Assembly: GCA_964016885.1 (NCBI GenBank)
Contig: OZ024746.1
Span: 90,210,001 to 90,274,000, forward strand
From: Eledone cirrhosa
Taxonomy: Eukaryota
DNA length: 64,000 bases
Direction of reading: 5' to 3'
Shown here: piece by piece, positions 13,417 through 27,659 of the stretch
Numbering within the stretch: the first letter of the stretch is position 1
Layout of the letters: the number at the start of each line of letters is the position of its first letter
The notes under the pieces: generated by a model
What the model saw: only the letters and a program-made list of their open reading frames with translations
The model's database searches: none
Told to the model about the DNA's origin: nothing
Translations under genes and position numbers: made by a program

Positions 13417-15409
13417 GTGTGTGTGTGAGTGTGTGTGTGTCCGTATATAAATGCGTGTGCGTGTGTGCGTGCGTGTGTATGTGGGTGTGTTTGGTTTTTG
13501 TTTTAATATCTCAGAAAATAATATTCACTGTGAATAGAAAGTTTATAATATCGCTATTAACACGAGCAAAATGCAGCAATATCGTGACGAAATATTTCAG
13601 TAAACGATTGGAAACATACTAGTACTCTGAAAATTTCAAGAAATGTTAATTATAAATTAGGTTTAGGTCTATTTCAGCATTCATCTCCTAGATTTACGTG
13701 ATTACCTAAACTCCTACTCGTACAATTAACTTGTAATATGCAAAGTATTCCACTTAAATGTTATCGAAAAGCGATATTGAGCCTGAGTTTATAAGGGAAC
13801 AGACGGATCACACAAAACTATTGGCATTGCTGTATTGTCCTGGAAATAATAAATGCAAAACTGTCCGCAAATGTATATGGAATGAAAGAACAGACTGCTG
13901 TAAAGTATAAGGCAAGTGATCATGTTTACTACGTATTGCCTATAGTAATCCCTGGGTGTGTGTTGGATGCTGAAGCAGACAATATTTTCCTGGATCTTGA
14001 CGAGTATTATATGGCATAATAATTTGTTGTATTACAAAATAAAACATGAATTACGATAAATGTGAGAGAAAGTCAGAGGAGATGGAAAGAGGAGATACTT
14101 GAAATGCTAGAATTAGCTGCCGAATGTCCATTAAATGGGAATCTATTTACTTAAATAAGGAACGAAGACAATAGGTAACGTCGTGATAGATATATCACTA
14201 AAAACAGAATATAAACGGGTTAATTATTTTGATTGTAAATTTGCTTGATTGTACTTGACGCGAGGTTATATATCATGTAGTTTTTACACGTGAAAACAAT
14301 GTCTAAAATGCGCGTGATGCATAGGATAGACAATATAACATAGGGTGCTAAGTTAATCGAAATATTTACCGAACAGAAAGTAAAATATCCTCAAATATCA
14401 TGTCATATTAATTTTTGTTTCGGTGGACTCCATTATAAAATATGACATATTTCCTCCTGGAATTTCGTGTTTTTAAAGGAAATTTAATCAACTTTTGACA
14501 TACATGTGCTCCGTAGCCAGCGGAAAAACAATCTAATATGTTCTGGTATCTTTAAAAATAATATATTAAATATATACATATGTTTGTATATAATATAAAT
14601 GTTGGTGAGAAAGCGAAAAATACAGTTGAAAATAACGTATAGAACATATGAAAATGTTTATATTTAATAAGTCTTGCCCATAGTCAGATTATTTCTCTAT
14701 ATATGTGTCATGATATTAACGGGGTGAAGGTTTATCAACTTTATCAACTTAACGTATAACGTTTGAATATATTTTAAATCCACATTGCGTAAGACAAACA
14801 GAACAATCTTCATACTGATAGTAGAAACATTATAATCTCCCCAAGAAACAAAAATGAGATTCAACATTAAAATAAATTCTATTATCTTCGTGTTTACACT
14901 TTCAATCTTTGCACGGGTGTTGACATACGTTATCGATCTTTCAAATATCTTTCTCTTTATGTATTATATGTATTATATTATACATTATTTTTTTAATTGG
15001 AAACACTAAGTGTAACAAAATACATTGAATATAAGGATGCATTCAGGCGAAATACTTAATATCAAGAAAACATTTGGGGATGACAAAGATACAAATATGT
15101 GGATCTTCAATTCAACAGCATAAAACATGGCATAAATAACAAGGTGAACAGAAAGTAAAGCAAAACAATAGTTACTAGTCCTTGGAGCAAAGAAGCTTAC
15201 GCATTGTGTTTTTCTCTATTTTATTTTCTCCACATACATGTATGGTTATATCTGTCTAGATGTCGGAATATATCGGTCGATACACTAGACTGTCGTTGTT
15301 TGTGGATGAATCGAAAAAACGTCATGGTCATGTGGCTACGTTTATGTAGGATTATGACAGGATAGATGCCACCCTACACACATAAAATATTCAGACAATA
15401 ACAGCAGCA

Positions 15410-15850
15410 TACTAAAGCTAACCTGATAGATGACCACTTGAGACGACTACCACTACCAACACAATGGAGGAGGTCAGCTGTAATTAAACATTCTGATAAA
15501 AACAACTATAACAAGCTGACTTGACTCAGAAGAATCTCTTTAGACTTTTGACTGAGGAATGTCCTCACAATTGACGAATGGGATACGGGCGTGTCCTATG
15601 ACGCTGAAATTAATTTGTTCTAGCTAATATGATTCCAGTTCCTCGGAGTAATATCAACACACCCGGGAGCTGGACATATGGATGTATTGACGGAGTGGAA
15701 CACACCTCAACGACATGTGTACCTGTCTTTTCCACACAAATTGGGACTGGCTGAAGAGGTCACAACCAATGATGGCTGTCAACGAAATATATAGAGCAGC
15801 AAATTTATAATAAACGAAACAGAATTTACATATTTGACTTACTTATTTTC
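15410..15850 (+). mobile_element. Family B repeat copy 2, with decayed HHR at 15746-15800
   Basis: ctgaagaggtcacaaccaatgatggctgtcaacgaaatatatagagcagc; ends at (TA)n. Confidence 0.75.
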
Positions 15851-15862
15851 TATATATATAAA

Positions 15863-15931
<69 letters not shown>

Positions 15932-17325
15932 TCAGATTAAAGTTTAAGCAAATAATCGGTGCTTTCACCTTTGACCGGATCTTCTGAAACTAACAAAGTC
16001 AATCTGTGAACGCAGAAGTGAATATTTCAAAAAACGTTGCAACCGGAGGAAGACAGGAAGTCGATACTTCGGTTCGTAGAAACGTTCCCTGGCGAAGAAC
16101 GGATAAAAAACGAATATAATGCGTCATTATTTGGAGCCGTGAAAAACAATTACACGCAAAGACAAAACCACGTTTATGGTATAAATGAAGTCGTAGACTA
16201 ATATTCTATTAAGTGGTTATAGAGACGTTCTCTGTCAATGAACGGAAAAAAACGAAGATAATACGTCATATGTTATGTTTATACCCTTAGCTATTTGTAT
16301 AGGTACGTATATATTACCTGTATGTTTTGTGAAGGTACGTATACTTTCTCGTACGTATATTTGATTGTATATGTTATGGAGTATATATTATATTTTCTGG
16401 TACATATGCTTTTGGTTATGTGCATACGTGGGTTTTGCGTCTGTGTAAGTATGCCGGTTCGTACCTATGTAGGGTGTGTGTATATTAGTACTGTGTTTTG
16501 GTTGACGTGGTTCTCGAAACATATGTGTATTTAATTGTAGGTATGTGTATGCGCTTGTATATACGTATTTATTTATTTATATATGTTTATTTAATTATAT
16601 GTATACACGCACACACCACACACATATATATATATATTTGTTATATATATTTTTATGTGCATTTGGTGTATAGAATCGTATGCCTGCGGGTATAGGCGTT
16701 GCGTGGGTTCGGTATGTGCGTGCGGGATCTTTCGTTTTTTTTTTTTTTTGTGTACGTGCGTGTTTTTGTTTACCTATGGAGAGTGTTTTCGCGTATGCTT
16801 GTGTATGTATGTATATGGATGCGTGTATGTATTTATTTAATTTCAAATACCTCTGTATTTTATTTACTTAAATCTTAACTCTGAAACCGAGAATCATTAG
16901 GTTTCCTAGTTAGAATGTTAGTCTACGCCTTCAGTTATACCATTTACGTGGTTTTGTCTTTGCGTGCAGTTGTTCTCACCGTCCACATATGACGTATTAT
17001 CTTCGTTTTTTTCCCTTCATTCTCAGAGAACATCTCTATGAAACACCTAATAGAATATTAGTCTACGACTTCTTTTATACCATGATGTGGTTTTGTCTTT
17101 GCGTGTAATTGTTTTTCACCGCTCCAAGTAATGACGTATTATATTCGTTATTTTCCGTCCTTTGCCAGGGAACGTTTCCACGAACCAAAGTATCGTCTTA
17201 CTGTCTTCCTCCGGTTGCAACATTTTTTGAAATATTTACTTCTGCGTTCACATATTGACTTTGGTAGTTTCAGAAGATCCTGTTAAGGATGAAAGCAGCG
17301 ATTCTTTGCTTAAACTTTAATCTGT
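15932..17325. repeat. Fold-back element with ~350-bp inverted arms
   Basis: cagattaaagtttaagcaaa (~15933) versus tttgcttaaactttaatctg (~17305-17324). The right arm has an internal ~130-bp tandem duplication. Confidence 0.85.
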
Positions 17326-17431
17326 TATTTTAATAAATACTTGCTCTACGTTTCTCATATATTTGATATCGAGAGCTCTTTGGATTTAGTCTTCCGATGT
17401 ATTATTATTACTATATATATATATATATATA

Positions 17432-17750
17432 TCGTTTCTGAATTTGTTTAGCAAGATTATTTATCTGAAATCGTGTGTTGAAACCGATATTGTTATACTT
17501 TGGGAGGGTCATGTTGCCAATAAGAAACACACGCACGAGTTGCTTTCACTTCAATTTATTATAATAAATTTATAAATTTAGGAATTTATAAATTTATAAA
17601 TTTCTGGTTGGTTGGTTGGTTCCACAACCAGATAGTTGTTTATATATTGTCAAAGTTCTTTCGTCACACATTCTGTGACCTATTCAGTGACTGGGGATTC
17701 TTTTCTTTGTTTTTGTGCCTCTCCTTTGTTCTGTCCTACGCCATTTTGTT
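17432..17750 (-). mobile_element. PLE pseudo-LTR-like fragment (family G) with HHR-like motif at 17649-17691
   Basis: Reverse complement matches 56030-56292. Motif: GTCA-CTGAATA-g-GTCACA-gaatg-TGTGAC-GAAA-gaac-TT-TGAC, with a mutated core. Confidence 0.7.
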
Positions 17751-17821
17751 ATATATATATATATATATAGCGGCGATGAATTAGTTTAGCGAGGTTTTTT
17801 ATATGAAATCGTGTGTCGAAA

Positions 17822-18453
<632 letters not shown>

Positions 18454-18515
18454 AGAACAATGAAATTAAACATAAAACTGTTAATTCATAGTAAAACACA
18501 TTATTTTACGATCGT

Positions 18516-18680
18516 TGGATTGGCAGTATCGGTATAGAGTCGGACGCCATGCTTTCCACCATAGTTACGTCCCTTTGCGGTCTGAGTTCAAATCCCGCCG
18601 AGGTTAACTTTGCCTTTCATCCTTACGGGGTCGATAAAATAAAGTACCAGTAATGCACTGGCTAATTGCATAGAAACAAT
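18516..18680 (+). mobile_element. SINE family 1 with TSD attattttacgatc
   Basis: Homology to 6025; TSD on both sides. Confidence 0.85.
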
Positions 18681-18810
18681 TATTTTACGATCATTTCTTG
18701 GGGGGTACTCTTCTGCATGTTCATTTAATTATTGATCTATGTAAAACATATTACAACATATCATAGTGAGATAAGAATACATACGTCTTCACTACACGCC
18801 GTCTTCAGAA

Positions 18811-18917
18811 ATAATTGTTTCTACTTTAGGCACAAGGCCAGCAATAACCAAGTGCATTACTGCTACTTTATTTTATCGACCGTGTAAGGATGAAAGGCAA
18901 AGTCAACCTCGGCGGGA
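18811..18917 (-). mobile_element. SINE family 1, 3' half
   Basis: Homology to other family 1 copies. Confidence 0.8.
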
Positions 18918-19512
18918 CAGAAATAATGAGTTTTGTTTATTGAAGAATACAAAAACAAACATACATATGAATAAGTAAGGTTTTATAACCAGGTTGAAAT
19001 TGACCATTGTTAAGAATGAAAGGGGCAGTACAATCCTTAAATTTGGTGGTAGTAGATGAATAAATAGGACATCAGTGGATAAGGTATCAAATGTCTTTTA
19101 AGAAAAGAAATGAGAGTTGTTAGTGTAAATGAGTTTAGGCATATTGTATATAAAAGTATTGATGGTGAAAGAAGATTACGGTTGGTGGAGATGGGAAGCA
19201 GAAATTAGTGTGTTGCATAGAATGGAATAGAATAATCTTAAAAAGTTAGCTATTTCTTTGTTGTGAGGAATAATTTGTTCTAAAAATATATGATATAAAA
19301 AATAAAAAATAAAAATATATATATATATATATACACATGTATAGTTACTCATGTTTATATATAGGCATACATTTATGCATATACATACACATACACACAC
19401 ATATATACATAATCACACACACACCTATACTCACACATTTATATACCTATATTTTTTTCTATATTTCTTTAGTTGTATTTATAATATTTGAATATATATA
19501 TATATATTTATT

Positions 19513-19730
19513 GGCGAAGGCGTGTGGCTGAGTGGTTAGAGAATTGGGTTCACGATCTTGAAGTTGTGAGTTCGATTCCTTGACCGGGCGATGCGTTATG
19601 TCCTTGAGCAAGACACTTTATTTCACGTTGCTCCTTCTACCTGGAGTTGCGACCGCTATATAGTAATAGCAACTGGAAAGACCCACGGAAACATTGTTTC
19701 CTCGGTCCAAATTGACGAAAGTCGATCGAA
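19513..19730 (+). mobile_element. tRNA-derived SINE family 2
   Basis: tggctgagtggtt A-box, gagttcgattcc B-box, CORE-like tgtccttgagcaagacacttta segment. Confidence 0.75.
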
Positions 19731-19731
19731 G

Positions 19732-19772
<41 letters not shown>

Positions 19773-21456
19773 GATATATTTATATATGTATCATCATCAT
19801 CAACAGTGATCGTCCATCTTCCACGCTAGCATAGGTTAGACGGTTTTGTTCCCTTTGTTGCGGGTATGGTCGGGAGAACGTTTCACGCTCGCACGGAAGT
19901 TTCTCTGGCAAGATTTTTACAACTAGATGCCCTTCTAACACCAACCACATATACAGTGTCGAGTGGGAGCCTTTTTACCGTGTCCTCTACACGGCCACCC
20001 TACAGTGTCAACACATATATCCTGTCTGTTCTTCACCTACACTCAATACCGATGGTTGTAGATATTTCGCTTCCTTTCTCACCCTCACCATGACACCACC
20101 AGCGTATTTTTGTCCGTGATCTAACTTTCTATATTTTATTTCATTAATCATCCCATCTCTTGACAAAGAGTCAACATCATAAACGCTGTAACGCTTATTC
20201 TATTATATCAAGCATTAAACTAATATATATCTTAATTGTGCACTTTCGTTTCTTTTCCGTGTTATTCTTTTATGATTTTGCATGCATATAGAATTAGATA
20301 TTGAAATAGATATTGAAAGTGATGTTTACTTTCCTTTCCTCACGTCAAACATACATTATATATCTATTGTGTACATTTAAATATGACTTCGTTGCAAACC
20401 ACACCCAGAAAGCATACTCCAATCCCATCACAAACATACTAGATACGAATTTATTATGAAGTGCCCCTGTCGCTCTCATTTTGGGGTTTTCATACCAGTC
20501 ATTCTATTAAGTTTTAGCTCAGTAATGTTAGCATACATGCACGCTATTTATACGAGTCTGGTTATATTATATGAAGTGTAATTGGCAGACTAAGTTTCGT
20601 TGAGTACGGCCTGACTATGACTTCATATTTTACTAACAAGATTCAAGAAATGCAATTAGATGATTCTGCCTCTATTCAACCTTTAAGACGATAAATCGTA
20701 TTTATTACGATCTATAAATGTTATAGTATCAATATAACATATTATGTCTACTGTAGTTTTAATATGTTCAGAATTTTATGAGAGATTTGATGATTATATC
20801 TTAGACTATTACACGGGAAATTGAAGGGTAAATCATATGACTCCAAGACACACTTGTATAAAGTATTTTTAACGAGAATATTTGTGAACCCATTTCGGCT
20901 TAACTAACTTATTTCGGCGACACTTCACTATCTTACCCATCATTTAAACTAGAGATTTACACATACATTTAGTTCACCCGTGGATTTATCATTGCTTTAC
21001 CCGTTAATTTATCCATCATATTAAAAACCTTGCAACGTATTAGCCATCATTTTATCTAACATCGTAGACACCATTTTCTCGCAATCCAACCGTTTACCCG
21101 ATATACTACCACTTAATTAACCCTCGATTTTATTCAAACAGAAACTCACGATTCATAATTTTACCTATAAAATCAGACACAAATTGTCCAACCTTCTCCA
21201 AACAATGTCACATATAACCCAACATGCTGGTCATCAATCTTTAATTCTTTTTCTTGCAGATTTACAAATATTTTTCTATTTTAATTTCACACACCGTGTT
21301 ATTCAAAAATTCATAAATCAATATATTAACCTTTCAATAGTTTGTCCATGATGTTTTGTAAGAGTTTTCCCCTCGTCAATTATTTCATCCACCATTGTAG
21401 CCACAATACCTGTTGTATCGTTTTGCCAACAACAAAGCTCCAACAAGGTTTTAAAC

Positions 21457-21458
<2 letters not shown>

Positions 21459-21487
<29 letters not shown>

Positions 21488-21535
21488 CTTCTTCTTCTTC
21501 TTCTTCTTCTTCTTCTTCTTTTTTTTTTTTTTTTT
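21459..21535. repeat. (TTC)n followed by poly-T
   Basis: Seen directly. Confidence 0.9.
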
Positions 21536-21984
21536 GAAATATAGTATCATCAACCGCGTGCTGTCACTTTACGTAAATGTGTTGTATACATGTACATCGC
21601 TATTGTCCTCTTTCATCAATTTGACTTCAATTTTGTTAACATTCCTTTCAAAGTCGAGTTCAGTTTGTGTATTATTAAGTATTGATCGCGCTTACTCAGA
21701 TTAATAGATTTGGGATAGTTTTGAGCAAATAAGAGATAGAAATATTCCTGAAGTAGATTTACTATTAATTATATATTAACTTAGAATAATTTCTAAAATT
21801 AGGCGTCCCAAAGAACGTTTATTTATCATGCAATCATGCAATCGCTATAAATGAGCAGATACATTTATATATGCATCATTTTCCTAACCGATTAATAGAT
21901 TAATGAGAATCATAACTCATTTCGTGGATCATACATACTCAATCAGGTAAATTTAAAGAAATCTACTTACTTTTTGTGAAAATC

Positions 21985-22054
<70 letters not shown>

Positions 22055-22099
22055 TTCTTTCTTTCGGTATTTCCCTCTCTCGCCCTCTCTCTCTCTTTG

Positions 22100-22136
<37 letters not shown>

Positions 22137-22145
22137 ATGTCTTTG

Positions 22146-22247
<102 letters not shown>

Positions 22248-22303
22248 ATATAAGCAAATAGTTTTGTTTTTGGATAATTCACTATATATAAAACAATTTT
22301 TGT

Positions 22304-22363
22304 ATTTTATCTATGAGCGCGTACCAAAAAATGTTGGAACACTTGAAATATATATAATAAAAT
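22304..22363 (+). ncRNA. Decayed HHR (family D)
   Basis: attttat-CT-ATGA (1-nt deletion)...GAAA-tatatata-ataaaat. Confidence 0.5.
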
Positions 22364-22597
22364 AAATATCGCTTTATAAAGATAGTTTCCATTTATTAAT
22401 ATTATATATATATAAAGGGAAAAAATGAAATGTTATTTCTCACTCTTAGTACGGCTGATAATAATTCGGGATGTTTGTTTACAAACACACCGGACATTAT
22501 AATAATTGTTCGGTAAACCCATACGTACATATATATGTATGTGTGCATGTATGTATATACATACTACTGTACGTCTGTATACATATATGTATGTTCG

Positions 22598-23780
22598 TCA
22601 CAGCGAGGGGAACGAAATTTGCTCCAGTTTACGCGAACTCTGTAATGGAATATTTAGAACAACAACTCTACCAAGAAATAAAGGAAAAATATAGTACTGA
22701 CTTTAGAAAGTCCATTGAAAAATCTTGGAAGAGATACCTTGACGACTGTTTCATCATCTGTACAGAATCTCTAGATATTCTGGATGATTTAAAAATCCTC
22801 CTGAATAACCTACACCCATCTCTCCAATTCACAAAAGAGATGAATAGTACCAAATTACCATTCCTAGCTATAATGATAATCAAAAACGACACCACCATTA
22901 CCACGGATATATATTATAAACACACAGACAACCATCAATATCTGAATTTTAAGTCGAGCCATCCACCTCATACAAAACGCAACATCCAATACACCTGTAG
23001 CCAGAAGAATGTGTACCATTGTAGAAGATACGAATACCAGGTACAAACGCCTAACAGAACTAAGAGAATGTTTGATCAAACAAAAATACCCATCTCTACT
23101 TATAGAAAATGGCATACAGCGGGCTATAAAAATACCTATACAACAACTCAGGACAACCCAAGGAAGAAGAAACCAAGAACTGGTCATACCATTTATAATG
23201 ACACACAACCCATGTCACCAGAATATCTTCAACACTGCCAAAGCAAACCTACCGAGCATTGCTCAAAGTAATGAATTAAAAGGCTTAATCACAGATCTAT
23301 CTTTAACTCTTATTAAAAAAAGCCGAAAAATTTGAAGCAATTACTAACAAAAGCAAAGTTTGACCTTAACAACAAAGACCAATCATTCAATGTATCTAAA
23401 TGAAATAATAGTCGATGTGGCACATGTCTATCCATACACGCCGGTCAATATATGAAAACAAAAACTGGAAAACTATTCCCAAATGCAAATATGAACTGCA
23501 AAAGCAGAAATCTAATTTACTACATTAAATGCCCGAATTGTGAAGAACTATCTGTCGGTCAAACTGGAAATGCGCTATCGGAACGTGCACGGGTACAGCG
23601 ACAGCAAATCAGAGACCCAAATGTCCGACACATACCCCTAATTAACCATCTAGCAACATATGGTCAGGGAATATTTATAATATTCCCATTCTACAAATTA
23701 CCCACCCAAGTGAAATCAAGAGAAAAATCAAAGAAAAGAATGTTATTGATGAATTCAAACCCAAGCTAAATGAAAAATAA
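22598..23780 (+). pseudogene. 5'-truncated, frameshifted Penelope-like element ORF: RT + Zn finger + C-terminal GIY-YIG (Naiad/Neptune-like)
   Basis: GTKFAPVYAN, WKRYLDDCF, TDIYYKHTDNHQYL, SSHPPHTKRNI, PKNLKQLLTKAKF, K*NNSRCGTC and NLIYYIKCPNC..VGQTG, spread over three frames. Confidence 0.9.
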
Positions 23781-24142
23781 TAATGGGCTATCCTATTATG
23801 ACTATGACTACGACCACTAACAACAACAACAACAATAATAATAATAATAAAAGTGATGTTGATGGTGATGATTACCACAAAAATGCTATTTTCATCATTT
23901 CTAAAAATAGCAAAACAATTGATGCATTGGATAGGGTCAGTTAGTAGTCGTCAGACACGCTCAACGAACCGTGATGCCTAAACCAATCAGCTTTAGTAAT
24001 CCAGTGAAACTACACACCGATTGGTCGAAATACGGTTTGCAAGATTTAGCATTCTGGAGCCACTTTTCACTGTATATAAGGCACACCATTTACCCATCTC
24101 ATTACAGTTGAAAATTACAAACTTGACTGTCACCACACATTA

Positions 24143-24181
24143 TGAACCTGAAGATTGTGAAAGCATGAGAGTACTTGTTCA
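24143..24181 (+). ncRNA. Minimal HHR in the 3' pLTR of the 22.6-kb PLE (GAAA mutated to GAGA)
   Basis: TGAAC-CTGAAGA-tTGT-gaaa-GCAt-GAgA-GTAC-TT-GTTCA. Confidence 0.7.
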
Positions 24182-24331
24182 ATTAACACTTGACATTTAA
24201 TATTCTACCATTCCTTTTCATTCTAATACCATTATAAATTTTAAAGGATTGTAAATAAAACGAGTAAATCAGACAATGTTGGAATTCCTTTTATTAATAT
24301 AATCTTCTATACACAATCATACACACCCATG

Positions 24332-24464
<133 letters not shown>

Positions 24465-24600
24465 ACATATATATATATATATATATATATATAGAAAGAT
24501 TTGAATGGATACAGTTCAGTTGAAAGGAATTTATTGACACGTGTTTCTATAACAGTTACATGACCTGAAAACAGGTGCTATCTACAAAGTTTCAACACAA

Positions 24601-24685
<85 letters not shown>

Positions 24686-24697
24686 CATATATATAGA

Positions 24698-24741
<44 letters not shown>

Positions 24742-24764
24742 TGTTAGTAGATATACTAATTCTT

Positions 24765-25173
24765 TATAATTATCTCCAAATTATTTTGTTGAGCCAAAAT
24801 TGGCCAAAACTGCTACTATAGTTCATAGTAATGGTTCGGCTGCTGTCTTCTTAACAAACCACTCCTCCCTGATTAACCTCGATGTCACGTGATTGATTCT
24901 TTAGAATTTGCCATCGACGTAGTAGGCAGTGATTTTTTCAATGTCTTGGAACTTTGTCCACGCTTTGCTTTTTTCCATCCACTGAATTATTTTTGTATAA
25001 GTTGCCAGAGTCCACGCATTGCCTGGAAACTTAGCTGAGAATAGACATCCCTGATGACGAAAGGCTTCTCCGTACGGTTCTTCGGAAACTATGTTTATTC
25101 CCTTTCAGAAACTAATTAGTTGGAGTGAAATTTTAGTAAGTAAGTTAATTTTTATAATTTTCTTATTTTACGT

Positions 25174-25175
<2 letters not shown>
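24765..25175 (+). mobile_element. Diverged relative of the 557-bp unit (family E') with HHR at ~25047-25126
   Basis: Shares tcacgtgattgattctttagaat, gcattgcctgga and gaaactaattagttggagtg with the array unit. Confidence 0.8.
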
Positions 25176-25234
<59 letters not shown>

Positions 25235-25419
25235 TAATTTAATATATCAACTAACATAAGCGCACAGATGCACGCCCATGCTAGCAAATACACAGGTTAT
25301 GTCATAGTACCTAGGTGGTTCAATGCAGGAGAATGCAGAACAATAATATAAAGGACGTAAAATAAAAAAATATTTTTAAAAAGAAATTTTTCAAAAATTT
25401 GTTACTTACTTAAATGTTC

Positions 25420-25501
25420 ACTCCAACTAATTAGTTTCTGCAATGGGATAAAGACAGTTACGTAATCCAACTGTCGAGAATTCATTGCGTCATCAGGGAG
25501 T
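25420..25501 (-). ncRNA. Type I HHR (family E), copy 1
   Basis: Reverse complement of the 27512 motif. Confidence 0.85.
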
Positions 25502-25976
25502 CTATTCTCAGTTAAGTCTCCAGGCAATGCGCGGACACTGGCGGCTCATATAAAAATAATAATAATTCGGTAGATCAAACAGCTTGCGAGGACTGGATTC
25601 TATGTACCGAAATTCTCACTGCTTCAAGTCAAATGGCCGATTCTAAAGAATCAATCACGTGACACAGAGGCTAGTTAGAAGGAATGGGATGGTAAGATGA
25701 CTGACGCCTACTAACACACCAAAAAAAATTTTTTTAGAAGTGGTTTTGGCAAGTTTGCTCGACAAATCAGTGATTTGGAGATAAATATAGATAATTTAAT
25801 ATATCAAATAACATAAGCGCACAGATGCACGCCCATGCTAGCAAATACACAGGTTATGTCATAGTACCTAGGTGGTTCAATGCAGGAGAATGCAGAACAA
25901 TAATATAAAGGACGTAAAATAAAAAAATATTTAAAAAAAGAAATTTTTCAAAAATTGTTTACTTACTTAAATTTTC

Positions 25977-26058
25977 ACTCCAACTAATTAGTTTCTGCAA
26001 TGGGATAAAGACAGTTACGTAATCCAACTGTCGAGAATTCATTACGTCATCAGGGAGT
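25977..26058 (-). ncRNA. Type I HHR (family E), copy 2
   Basis: Same motif with one stem II substitution. Confidence 0.85.
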
Positions 26059-26533
26059 CTATTCTCAGTTAAGTCTCCAGGCAATGCGCGGACACTGGCG
26101 GCTCATATAAAAATAATAATAATTCGGTAGATCAAACAGCTTGCGAGGACTGGATTCTATGTACCGAAATTCTCACTGCTTCAAGTCAAATGACCGATTC
26201 TAAAGAATCAATCACGTCACACAGAGGCTAGTTAGAAGGAATGGGATGGTAAGATGACTGACGCCTACTAACACACCAAAAAAAATTTTTTTAGAAGTGG
26301 TTTTGGCAAGTTTGCTCGACAAATCAGTGATTTGGAGATAAATATAGATAATTTAATATATCAAATAACATAAGCGCACAGATGCACGCCCATGCTAGCA
26401 AATACACAGGTTATGTCATAGTACCTAGGTGGTTCAATGCAGGAGAATGCAGAACAATAATATAAAGGACGTAAAATAAAAAAATATTTAAAAAAAAAAA
26501 TTTTTCAAAAATTTTTTACTTACTTAAATTTTC

Positions 26534-26615
26534 ACTCCAACTAATTAGTTTCTGCAATGGGATAAAGACAGTTACGTAATCCAACTGTCGAGAATTCATT
26601 GCGTCATCAGGGAGT
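26534..26615 (-). ncRNA. Type I HHR (family E), copy 3
   Basis: Same motif. Confidence 0.85.
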
Positions 26616-27079
26616 CTATTCTCAGTTAAGTCTCCAGGCAATGCGCGGACACTGGCGGCTCATATAAAAATAATAATAATTCGGTAGATCAAACAGCTTG
26701 CGAGGACTGGATTCTATGTACCGAAATTCTCACTGCTTCAAGTCAAATGGCCGATTCTAAAGAATCAATCACGTGACACAGAGGCTAGTTAGAAGGAATG
26801 GGATGGTAAGATGACTGACGCCTACTAACACCCCAAAAAAAAATTTTTTTAGAAGTGGTTTTGGCAAGTTTGCTCGACAAATCAGTGATTTGGAGATAAA
26901 TATAGATAATTTAATATATCAACTAACATAAGCGCACAGATGCACGCCCATGCTAGCAAATACACAGGTTATGTCATAGTACCTAGGTGGTTCAATGCAG
27001 GAGAATGCAGAACAAAAATATAAAGGACGTAAAATAATAAAATATTTTTTAAAAAAATTTAAAAAAAAAATTTTTTTTT

Positions 27080-27659
27080 TAAATATTTTCTTATTTTACG
27101 TCCTGTATATTATTGTTCTGTATTCTCCTGCATTGAACCACCTAGGTACTATGACATAACCTGTGTATTTGCTAGCATGGGCGTGCATCTGTGCGCTTAT
27201 GTTAGTTGATATATTAAATTATCTATATTTATCTCCAAATCACTGATTTGTCGAGCAAACTTGCCAAAACCACTTCTAAAAAATTTTTTTTTGTGGTGTT
27301 AGTAGGCGTCAGTCATCTTACCATCCCATTCCTTCTAACTAGCCTCTGTGTCACGTGATTGATTCTTTAGAATCGGCCATTTGACTTGAAGCAGTGAGAA
27401 TTTCGGTACATAGAATCCAGTCCTCGCAAGCTGTTTGATCTACCGAATTATTATTATTTTTATATGAGCCGCCAGTGTCCGCGCATTGCCTGGAGACTTA
27501 ACTGAGAATAGACTCCCTGATGACGCAATGAATTCTCGACAGTTGGATTACGTAACTGTCTTTATCCCATTGCAGAAACTAATTAGTTGGAGTGAAAATT
27601 TAAGTAAGTAAAAAATAAAAAAAAACTTTTTTTAAAAAAATATTTTCTTATTTTACGTC

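Larger units (their letters stand above)
25231..27060 (-). repeat. Head-to-tail array of ~3.3 x 557-bp HHR-containing units (family E)
   Basis: Unit starts (tagataatttaatatatcaa) at 25231, 25788, 26345 and 26903. Near-identical, non-coding. Confidence 0.95.

Noticed and set aside
22471-22597. N-terminus of the 266-aa ORF
   Set aside because: Derived from simple-repeat flank; RT homology begins only at ~22598.
23798-23872. ATGA...TGAT as a SECIS element
   Set aside because: Helix II pairing is poor and interrupted by (AAC)n/(AAT)n. It cannot be supported without SECISearch.
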